In this document: positions 22,630 to 31,667 of the stretch, in pieces | Layout of the letters: the number at the start of each line of letters is the position of its first letter | Position numbering within the stretch: the first letter of the stretch is position 1 | From: Octopus sinensis | Lineage: Eukaryota | Assembly: GCF_006345805.1 (NCBI RefSeq) | Contig: NW_021832323.1 | Location: forward strand, 1 to 31,667 | Direction: 5' to 3' | Length of the DNA: 31,667 nt | Made by a program: the position numbers and the translations under genes | Notes under the pieces: model-generated | What the model saw: the letters and a program-made list of their open reading frames with translations, nothing else | The model's database searches: none | Told to the model about the DNA's origin: nothing

Positions 22630-22973
22630 TTTTTAAATTTATTTTTCCTCACATCTTTTTGAGTGAGTGATTAACTGAGAGAGAGAAAATGTGTGTGTGT
22701 GTGAATGATAGCGTAACGCCTCTCTCTCTCTCTCTCTCTCTTTCTGACAACACACACCTCTCTCTCTCAGTCAATCACTCACACACTCACTCAAAAATGA
22801 TGCGAGAAAAAATAAATTTTAAAAATGTACGCTGTTACTTTTTCCCCCTCATGCACACAAACACACACACACACAATGTACATTTTTAAAATTTAATTTT
22901 CCTCACATCTTTTGTGAGTGAGTGTGTTAGTGATTGACTGAGAGAGAGAGGTGTATGTTGTCAGAAAGAGAGA
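22630..22973. repeat. Alternating-orientation ~60-96-bp modules inside the Helitron
   Basis: 22735-22830 and 22878-22973 are 96-bp inverted repeats with about 7 mismatches. 22630-22687 is a shorter direct copy of the second arm, and a fourth reverse copy lies at ~24080-24190. Confidence 0.8.
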
Positions 22974-23002
22974 ATGGGGAAATGTGTGTTGAGAGGGAGA
23001 GA

Positions 23003-24045
23003 GTATTTCTTTATTCACCATAAGGTTGAGAAAAAGAGGGGACAAAACAAACGTTGGGGTCAGGGTATCGAATGAGACGAAATATGAATAAACAAACAAT
23101 TAATATATATACAATTAAATGAGAATGAGTGATTAACAAAAAATGAAGCGGAGGACGCGGTCGACCCCACAAACCACATACTCACACTGAAGACTTTGCT
23201 TTATCCTTTTTTACATTCTCGATTAAATAGGTTCTTTCACTCGCAACATACTTGCTATAGACTTCCATCTTTTACGAAACACACTTTGCGACAGGCATTT
23301 CTTCTCCAGCCTTATTTTCCGTTTCATGTGGAAAACGAAAAAGTCGATTAGCTCGAGACTGGAGATAAACATGCCTGTTGCAATTCCTTTTACTCTCGTC
23401 TTCCACACTACTTCTTTCGCCATAGCAACTACCGAAAGAAAAAAAGGCTCGCTCCTCCCTATTCAGGAAGGTCGGCGGAACTATCTTAATTACAGATTCG
23501 CTCGACAGTTGTACTCTTCTCGAATGCGACAGCAGGAATTCGACATAAGTCCAGAGTTCAGTCACCTTGGGGCATTGCACAATCGCGTGCAGGACAGTTT
23601 CACTGTCCCTCTTACATCTTGCACAAAACGGCGAAGGTGCACACCCATGTCTAAAGAGCTTATCTCGAACCGGTAAAGCTCCTCTGTAACATTGCCAGGC
23701 CAGGGACTTTTGGTAATTATCCATAGGCCCCGGACCGAATGTTCTTTGGAACAGGCTGGCCAGTTGATTTTCGTCGAAGCCCAGAGTTTCTCCTAGGACG
23801 TCGTCACACTTAAACTCTACTAACCCTCTATAGAAGAACGCGGTAGTAGCCCCGCCACCGGCGTTGCCCGACTGGGAGAGAAGAACGAGTGCCTGATAGC
23901 ACTCTGCATGCCACATGCCCAACCTCGGTCTACACTTGATCCATGGGTTCAGTTCGTTAAACGATGTGAACTGTGGAAATAACAGCTTGACAAACGGAGA
24001 CCACACCTGCTCACCGTCCAGGTAAATCCAGAGAGATACTGTATT
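23003..24045 (-). mobile_element. L1/Tx1-clade LINE 3' fragment
   Basis: ORF 23272-24006 has a zf-RVT-type motif (AWQCYRGALPVRDKL...FCARCKRDSETVLHAIVQCP), a frameshifted tail (MAKEVVWKTR...RKRWK) and a 3' UTR ending AATAAAGAAATA next to (TC)-rich sequence. Confidence 0.88.
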
Positions 24046-24193
24046 ATTTACTTTTTATCGTGTCTTTTTTAGTGTGTTTGACAGAGAGAGAGAGAGAGAG
24101 AGAGACGTTACACTATCACTCTCTCTCTCTCAGTCGATCACTCACTCAAAAAAGATGCAAGGAAAAATAAATTAAAAAATGTATGCTGCCACA

Positions 24194-24230
<37 letters not shown>

Positions 24231-24996
24231 ATCAATACACACCTTCACTTCGCCATTGCAAGAAGGGGACTTAACTCATGTTAGCAAACTTACAGATTTC
24301 CTCGATGTTCAAAACTGGTAAAAGTTATGGTTGAAAATCAATTTTTACCGCTATCTGCGGGTGTCTGGGGAAAATAAGTTGACAAAAGCACAGCTATGAT
24401 CATGACCAATGTCCTCCTAAAATTGGAGCAACATGTGTGCTAATTTGTAGACGTGCATAAAGTACATTCACGTACACACATACACACACACACGCATCCT
24501 GCCTTTTATAGATATAGATAATTTTGAACATTCCTCATCAACTTAAACTGGCAGGTATGCTTCAGATAGGTTGAATTTTAAAAAATTTTTTCTCAATTTA
24601 ACTTTGCAAAAATTTATTCCAGACTTGGTAACAGGTAATTATACGGCATCAAACACTCATTTAACTTTGTTGAAAAATCAGTACATACATGGGTTTATTT
24701 TAATTTTATGACATGAACTATTGGGGACACTCATTTAGCGTAATCAATTTTTTCAATAACTCCAAGCTTTTCAAGTCTATCCAATTCTTTATTGACTTGT
24801 TTCAATACTGCAAAAGGTACAGTTCTTTTTGGTTTAAATACTGGTATAGCGTTTTCTTTTACTTGAAACTTCACCTTTGTTTTAGTGCAAAGGCCTAATT
24901 CATTAGAAAAAACTTCAAGAAAAATCTTTTTTTGATTCTTTTTTTAATTCTTCTGATGTCTTATTTGTACTGTCGGAAGAACCATTTACACTTTTA

Positions 24997-25540
24997 CATG
25001 GTCTGCAGCTGGTCTGTAGTTTCAGCCATAAGTACAATATCATTTGCTGATTGGAGTTGTGTTAGATGTTTGTCATTGATGTTCATGCCACTTGTCTACT
25101 TGATGTGCTCCAGACAAAGCTAGACAATGCCATACATTCCAGACTCTTTGATGGCACCATCCTACCTGTGCTCTAATAAAAAAAAAAGTGAGTTGTAGGC
25201 TATTATGAAGAGGACAGAACATTGATTGACTCTGATGCAAAGGTCCATGGAAAGATCCATGCTAGGAATATCATTAAGACAGTATATTTGAAATGAGATA
25301 ATTCAAGAACAGAGTATTGAATGGTGTAACCATAGAATACCAAAAGCACAAGCTCTGCTGGGACAGGCATGTTGCAAGATTTTCAAAGAACAGATGGAGT
25401 TGTGCAGTTTCCAAGTGGTATCTAAGAGACTGGAAAAAGCCACTTGGGAAGATGATTTAGTCATGCAGTTTGGGCCAAGGCAGAGAAGAATAATACAATC
25501 AAAACAGAACTGGAAGCACCTTGTGACCAAGGGTGTATGA
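24997..25540. mobile_element. RTE-clade LINE remnant in two opposite orientations
   Basis: Minus 25131-24997: GMNINDKHLTQLQSANDIVLMAETTDQLQTM (decayed FADD region). Plus 25141-25540: RLFDGTILPVL, QRSMERSMLGISLR and WDRHVARFSKNRW..WYLRDWKKPLG (RTE C-terminus). Confidence 0.75.
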
Positions 25541-25544
25541 CAAA

Positions 25545-26150
25545 GGCAAGGAATTCTGTCTTCTCTGTAATTCTGAACTATTTTTCATTATTTTTTCTAA
25601 AAATCCCTTAGTAAACATGGTTATAGAACGTGCATACCGATGTAAACATTGGCAAAAACACACCTTTAGTTCATATAAGTAATCTCTATCATTATATATA
25701 ATTTAAACATTAATTTTCTTTTATATTTAACATTCACTAAAAATGTCCCTCCTCTTTCTATAGGCTACTTCTGACGTGATATCATATAATGTTTTTTCAA
25801 ACAATATTAATAGCGTTCAGTAAATCACTATACATATCTATAATTTTCTGTTAAAATGTCTTATTGACAAGTTTCATTTTTTCACTTCGCTGAAGAGAAG
25901 ATTGCATTGTTTTATGCCATTTATTCTTTTGAATAATATCAGTGAAATCTTTGAAACGTGTCGAAAGTAAAAGTATTTGATTTATACCTGCGTTAAACTC
26001 CATTTACTTATTTATATATTATACAAAAAATTCCACATAAACCTGAAGTTTCTACCTTTGAAAACAAGGAGTTACAATCTCTTTACTTGTGTGATTTTTT
26101 GCTACCCTGGTAACTATTTTTCTATTTTTTCCATGTTAATTGTTAACAAG
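25545..26150 (+). mobile_element. PLE 3' end: ORF C-terminus plus pseudo-LTR
   Basis: 25545-25682 is open: GKEFCLLCNSELFFIIFSKNPLVNMVIERAYRCKHWQKHTFSSYK*, resembling CxLCxxE...LLN..E....CRH..K PLE termini. A hammerhead motif follows about 200 bp later. Right boundary is approximate. Confidence 0.65.
25884..25968 (+). ncRNA. Type I hammerhead, both core boxes and GUC site intact
   Basis: acttcg-CUGAAGA-GAAGAUU(42 nt)AAUCUUU-GAAA-C-GU-GUC-gaaagu. 7-bp stem II, inner hairpin ttattc/gaataa, ACGUGU likely decayed from palindromic ACGCGU; stem I imperfect. Confidence 0.62.
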
Positions 26151-26201
26151 GGAAAAATACACTCATCTGTTTATATACATCTATATATATCATGCTATCA
26201 C

Positions 26202-26242
<41 letters not shown>

Positions 26243-26573
26243 TGCATATTATGATTTTGTTTAAGTATAGCAATATTAATAACCTGTTGTTAGAATTCAA
26301 TATGCATGTTTTAGAATAAAGCATTCAGTGATGATATTAATAAATGAGAAAGGAAGAGGAGCCATGTGATTGACTTCATTAACTTACAGCTGTTTCTACT
26401 ACAAGAAGCAGCTGTGTGCCTGTGAAATATATATATACACACAATGATATAAAGTAGTTGTATATCTTCACTTACTGTGATTACTGGTATGTTAACAATA
26501 GCTTATTTCATTACTATAATCTATTGTAGATCATATTTATAGATGTATTAACCAACACAGCAATTGTAAACAA

Positions 26574-26838
26574 CTGGCACGTAAAAAGCACCATCCGATC
26601 ATGGCCGTTGCCAGCCTTGCCTTGCCTCCGTGCCAGTGGCACGTAAAAAGCACCATCCGATCGTGAAAAGCACGTACTACACTCATGGAGTGGTTGGCAT
26701 TAGGAAGGGCATCCAGCCATAGAAACATTGCCAGATCAGACTGGGCCTGGTGCAGCCTCCTGGCTTCCCAGACCCCAAATGCACCGTCCAACCCATGCCA
26801 GCATGGAAAGCGGACGCTAAGCGATGATGATGATGATG
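26574..26838 (+). mobile_element. RTE-type 3' UTR or related SINE 3' end with (GAT)n tail
   Basis: About 1.5 copies of the ggcacgtaaaaagcaccatccg unit, then ggcattaggaagggcatccagcc...ccaacccatgccagcatggaaagcggacgctaagc(gat)5. Homologous to the reverse complement of 29841-30100. Confidence 0.8.
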
Positions 26839-28237
26839 TTAATACAATAGAAAAAGAGAGATCAGCTGTATGCGTTAGCTCTCACTTTATTTAATGTTAC
26901 TCTAGCTGCCTGGAAAATTGTTAAATATGCAAATTGGTCTATCTAGTTTACTGAAAACCTTAATATATTACCTCATTGTCAATATCTCCACTTCAATTAC
27001 TGACACTAAACACCTTCAGCAACTATTCATACATTGCCATCACCATTAGCATATATTTTTCCCCCCACCTGCACCATTTTCAACACTTTGTGTGTCCTCA
27101 CTTCTACTACTCACCCTGTCATTTGTGTATCCCATTTATTCTTTACCTGCATATCTATCCTTTTCATTTCTGAATCTTTTCTGTTTGGCTGCCACTTCTC
27201 AATTTCCTCAATTTTGTTCCACTTGATTAAAAATTTTAAAAAAGTTTTAAAATTTGGGGCAATTTTAGCCAATGATAAGTCAGAAACATACAGGTGCCTG
27301 TTTCTATAGTAACAAACCGAGTCATTACCAAGTTGCTTACACATCTGTTGCTGTCCTGAGCCATGTGGTCATTTTTTACTTATTAAATGCTTAAAACACA
27401 TGAGGTATGAGGTGATATGAGATATACTAAAAATAACAGTTAAATAGACCTTAAATCATGCACCAAAATTTTTTGTTTATTTATTATTATTTTTTCTTTT
27501 GATTTTGCACAATCGTATGAATTCCTGTGTGTAGAATAAAAATTCGCAACCTATAAGAAATTATGAGGGATTTTATGGTGTACATAAAGTAGAATTCCAC
27601 CAAAATTTCATTTGTTTACAGTTTCATATTAAAACATGCTATTATTGCAATGTTTACAACATGTGTAGTCATGCTTAAAATGACAGTTTACAAATCCTGT
27701 TTCCTGACTGGTTAAAAATTACCAAACTTTAAACCTCTGTAACGCTTTTAAAATATTTTTCTAGAACAAGTGAATTAGGCCCGGAGATTTAGTGTGGAAA
27801 ATTGCATCAATACACCAAATTTGAAAGTTTTCACTTAATTTTAAAATTTCAAACTAAAGCACTTAGTTCAGTCCTTGATGAAGTTCAGAGGTGAAACAAT
27901 ATATTTTGTTGATCTCATGGTTATAGATTAAATATGCTTGCATGTGTGTGTGTGTATGTACACACAAACACATGCACACATCAATCATCATTGTGACCAC
28001 ATTCAAACATTCTTGACAAAGTTTCTATACAATTCAAGATTTTCCATTGCTTGTGGCAACTAATCCTTACCAAGGTTTGTATCATCTGAGGGTTGATTAA
28101 TGAATGTTTGGGAAAGCCTTCTTTACTGCAACCCCCATGAATTAGTTCCCTTCAACAGTAGCTTGTGTATATCTCCATGCTTACTTCTCCAGCAATGTCC
28201 TGCAAATTGCAACTGTTTTATATAAATATACATGCAC

Positions 28238-28375
28238 AAGAATGGCTATGTGGTAAGTAGCTTGCTTACCAGCCACATGGTTCTGGGTTCTGTCCCACTG
28301 CATGGTACCTTGGGCAAGTGTCTTCTACTATAGCCTTGTTAGTGGATTTGGTTGACAGAAACTAAAAGAAGCCTG
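28238..28375 (+). mobile_element. tRNA-derived SINE, internally shortened
   Basis: Head tggctatgtggtaagtagcttgcttaccagccacatggttctgggttctgtccc, then ccttgggcaagtgtcttctactatagcc and gaaactaaaagaagcc. Confidence 0.75.
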
Positions 28376-28405
28376 TTTGTGTTCTTGTCCATTTTGTATT
28401 TTGTT

Positions 28406-28463
<58 letters not shown>

Positions 28464-28499
28464 ATATATATATTTATATTATATTATAATATATATATT

Positions 28500-28534
<35 letters not shown>

Positions 28535-28810
28535 ATATTTATATTATATTATATTTCTATTTTAATATATATTTATATTTATATATATATTTATATATAT
28601 ATATATATTTATATTATATATATATTTATATTTATATATATATTTATATATATATTTATATTTATATATATATTATATTTATATATATTTATATATATAT
28701 ATTAATTTATATTTATATATATATTTATATTTATATATATATTTAAGATAATATATTTATATTTAATATATATATTTATATTATTATATTATATTTATAT
28801 ATATATAATT

Positions 28811-28845
<35 letters not shown>

Positions 28846-28930
28846 TTATATATATATATATTTATATATATATTTATATATATTATCTATTTATATATAT
28901 ATTTATATATATTATATATATATTATTATT

Positions 28931-28974
<44 letters not shown>

Positions 28975-28980
28975 AATATA

Positions 28981-29016
<36 letters not shown>

Positions 29017-29023
29017 ATTAATT
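28406..29023. repeat. Long degenerate (TA)n/(TTTATA) satellite
   Basis: About 620 bp almost purely A/T. Confidence 0.95.
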
Positions 29024-29248
29024 ATAAGTTGGAGAATTAGATACTAATTAATAGTATATCTATTCAACACCAAGTGGCCAGTGCTCCGAGAAACCTGGAT
29101 TATTATAATATTTTATAACATAATAATTTTTACAAAATAAATATAAGAGAGTGGTCACTATAGGGCCACTCTAGCACCAGTTAATCCAAAAGGTTTCAAC
29201 CACGAAAATACATGTTCCCATATAAATATATATATAATATATATATAT

Positions 29249-29350
29249 AAGAGGCCGTGGGGCATCCTTGTTAATGCCTCATTTATACCTGCCTTATGGC
29301 TTAGAGGTTAAATGAGGTATGACTGCCCTCACTGCCGAAACAGCTGTCAG
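29249..29350 (+). ncRNA. Partial hammerhead with long stem II (CUG of core lost to TA array)
   Basis: AAGA-GGC.GUG.GGGCA...AUGCCUCAUUUA.ACCU/AGGUUAAAUGAGGUAU...UGCCC.CAC.GCC-GAAA-C-AGCU-GUC-AG. Confidence 0.6.
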
Positions 29351-29538
29351 TTTTGATTTAATTGCATATTATATTTGAAATTTTTACTTATATCTCTTTA
29401 TCTTTTTACTATTACTGTATATCTCATTTTGTATATGCCTTTACTCATATGTAATGGTGTATTAAGTATTGATTGGGTATCATCGGATAGTTGATGTTTA
29501 TTGATTTAAGTATGTTTCTCCATTCTCTAATTTTGTAG
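29249..29538 (+). mobile_element. PLE pseudo-LTR, 5'-truncated, between TA arrays
   Basis: Homologous to 10040-10420; begins within the hammerhead core. Confidence 0.65.
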
Positions 29539-29584
29539 TATATATATATATATATTATATATATATATATTTATATATATATAT

Positions 29585-29619
<35 letters not shown>

Positions 29620-29622
29620 ATT

Positions 29623-29656
<34 letters not shown>

Positions 29657-29681
29657 TATATTTATATATATATATATATAT

Positions 29682-29716
<35 letters not shown>

Positions 29717-29788
29717 ATATTTATTATATAATATATATTTAATATATATATATATATTATTATATAATGTATATATTTATATATATAT

Positions 29789-29838
<50 letters not shown>

Positions 29839-29840
29839 AT
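29539..29840. repeat. (TA)n satellite
   Basis: Directly visible. Confidence 0.95.
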
Positions 29841-31436
29841 CATCATCATCATCATCATCATCGTTTAGCGTCCGCTTTCCATGCTAGCATGGGTTGGACG
29901 GGTCAACTGGGGTCTGTGAAGCTGGAAGGCTTTGTCAGGCCCAGTCACATCTGGCAGTGTTTCTATGGCTGGATGCCCTTCCTAACGCCAACCACTCCGC
30001 GAGTGTAGTGGGTGTTTTTTACGTGCCACCTGCACAGGTGCCAGACAGAGCTGGCGAACGGCCACGAACGGATGGTGCTTTTACGTGTCACCGGCACGGG
30101 GCCAGGCAATGCTGGCAACGGACATGAACGGATGGTGCTTTTACGTGCCACCGACACGGTTGCCAGACAGAGCTGGCAAACGGCCACGAACGGACGGTGC
30201 TTTTACGTGTCACCGGCACGGGGGCCAGCCGAGGCTGGCAACGGACATGAACGGATAGTGCTTTTACGTGGCACTGACAAGGGGCCAGACAGAGCTGGCA
30301 AACGGCCACTAGCGGACGGTGCTTTTACGTGTCACCGGCACGGGGGCCAGCCGAGGCTGGCAACGGACACAAACGGATGGTGCTTTTACGTGCCACCGAC
30401 ACGGGGCCAGACAGAGCTGACAAACGGCCACGAACGGATAGTGCTTTTACGTGCCACCGACACGGGGCCAGACAGAGCTGGCAAACGGCCACGAACGGAC
30501 AGTGCTTTTACGTGTCACCGGCACGGGGCCAGGCGAGGCTGGCAATGAACACGAACGGATGGTGCTTTTACGTGCCACTGACACGGGGCCAGGCAGAGCT
30601 GGCAAACAGCCATGAGCAAATGGTGCTTTTACGTATCACCGGCACGGGTGCCAGACGAGGCTGACAGCGGACACGAACGGATGGGTCACTTAACCCCTGC
30701 TTTCTGATATATGATTTGATTTTGATTGTTCTCACTGGTCTTGCCGGGTCTTCTCACGCACAGCATACTTCCATATGTCTCGGTCTCTGGTCATTTCCTT
30801 GGTGAGACCTAGAGTTCGAAGGTCGTGCTTCACCACCTCGACCCAGGTTTTCCTGGGTCTACCTCTTCCACAGGTCCCCTCAACTGCCAGGGTGTGGCAC
30901 TTTTTCACACACCTATCTTCATCCATTCTCACCACATGACCATACCAGCGCAATCGTCTCTCTTGCACACAATATCTGATTCCTCTTAGGTCCAACTTTT
31001 CTCTCAAGGTACTTACACTCTGTCGACTATGAACACTGACATTACACATCCAACGGAGCATACTAGCTTCATTTCTCGCGAGCTACGCATGTCCTCAGCA
31101 GTCACGGCATGTTTCACTGCCATGTAGCATGGCTGTTCGTACACATGCATCATACAGTCTGCCTTTTACTCTGAGCGAGAGGCCTTTTGTTACCAACAGA
31201 GGTAAGAGCTCCCTAAACTTTGCCCAGGCTATTCTTACTCTAGCCGTTACACTTTCAGCACACCCACCCCCACTACTGATTGGTCACCAAGATAACGGAA
31301 GCTATCAACTACTCTAGTTTTTCCCCCTGGAAAGTGAACGTAAGTTGTTTTCTTGCAGATTTTCAGAGGTTAATGATCCCGAGCATACAAAACCATCTTC
31401 CTAGTTAGCCTTCCTATGACATTGCTGCACCTCTTT
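29841..31436 (-). mobile_element. 5'-truncated RTE LINE: ORF C-terminus, 3' UTR with tandem array, (GAT)n tail
   Basis: Minus FQGEKLEVVDSFRYLGD, ARVRIAWAKFRELLP and MLRWMC...RRLRWYGHVVRM...GRGRPRKTW (ORF 30732-31061), then the 61-bp array and (GAT)7 at 29841. Alternatively the RTE ends at an (AAATC)-like run at ~30712 and the array belongs to a separate SINE. Confidence 0.85.
30011..30684. repeat. GC-rich ~61-bp tandem array, 11 units, two subtypes
   Basis: Units anchored on (g/a)gtgcttttacgtg at 30011, 30074, 30134, 30196, 30257, 30318, 30379, 30440, 30501, 30561 and 30622; order ABABABAABAB. Confidence 0.95.
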
Positions 31437-31445
31437 ATATATATA

Positions 31446-31543
<98 letters not shown>

Positions 31544-31604
31544 ATCTATATGTTTAAATATTTGTTGTGCTAAACTGGCAATATGACCATTCCGAAATAT
31601 AACA

Positions 31605-31639
<35 letters not shown>

Positions 31640-31667
31640 TATATATATATATATATATAATATTATT
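31437..31667. repeat. (TA)n satellite with a short unique interruption
   Basis: TA runs at 31437-31550 and 31605-31667. Confidence 0.9.

Larger units (their letters stand above)
21150..24518 (-). mobile_element. Non-autonomous composite Helitron (3,369 bp)
   Basis: Minus 5' A|TC at 24519/24518, 3' hairpin (cccgggcaatgccagg) and CTAG|T at 21150/21149, no TSD. Removal rejoins Gypsy RT in frame (CSKL|LLINNYKELYKFN). Both terminal regions share taaaagttatggttgaaaa (~21460, ~24320). Confidence 0.88.
17850..24996 (-). mobile_element. Degraded Ty3/Gypsy LTR retrotransposon pol, fragmented by nested insertions
   Basis: Minus order: EVFSNELGLCTKTK..PVFKPKRTVPF (24996-24800), LSEAYL..DEECSKL|LLINNYKELYKFNQLPFG, AYFGG (decayed YLDD), LQAFLGLANYY, RNase H SYGQIEKEALA, integrase H2C2 GHPEI..SCRDC and rve HIDFAG..IDNFTKWPE..PDTIVSD. 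RT-RH-IN order indicates Gypsy. Two PPT-like purine runs at 18104-18113 and 18051-18060; a possible short 3' LTR at ~17850-18050 is tentative. Confidence 0.9.

Noticed and set aside
26385-26396. Minus-strand GAAACAGCTGTA, the 3' half of the AGCU-class hammerhead
   Set aside because: No CUGANGA box or stem II found upstream.
27111-27344. 77-aa ORF and nearby 13264-13660 open stretches
   Set aside because: No recognisable domain, splice structure or codon signal.
29963-30664. ORFs of 73-178 aa over the 61-bp array
   Set aside because: They arise from GC-rich tandem repeats with a period that is not a multiple of 3.
30011-30684. CRISPR-like look of regularly spaced conserved motifs
   Set aside because: The intervening sequences are two recurring subtypes rather than unique spacers, the context is eukaryotic and no cas genes are present.

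Overview
Eukaryotic, very AT-rich, repeat-saturated DNA with no convincing host gene. The SINE families and long (TA)n arrays look like Octopus/cephalopod genomic DNA; this is inferred from my recall of those repeats, not from a search. Almost every ORF with real protein signal is a transposon remnant: two CR1-type LINEs, three to four RTE LINE pieces, an L1/Tx1 3' fragment, Penelope-like (PLE) fragments, pogo, mariner and Tc1-like transposases, and a degraded Ty3/Gypsy pol (minus strand, ~17.9-25.0 kb). The pol is split by three insertions, and two of them restore the reading frame when removed, including a 3,369-bp Helitron that holds further fragments. Most notable: (1) at least six hammerhead-ribozyme motifs in PLE pseudo-LTRs, one with an intact core and two forming a family whose ~80-90-nt stem II extension shows a compensatory base change; (2) a 230-bp-arm palindrome, perfect except for one dinucleotide, between two convergent hammerhead-bearing PLE ends; (3) an A/B higher-order 61-bp array in an RTE 3' region; (4) an RTE insertion with 5'-inversion geometry. 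All alignments, translations and folds were done by eye, so boundaries of degraded elements are approximate.
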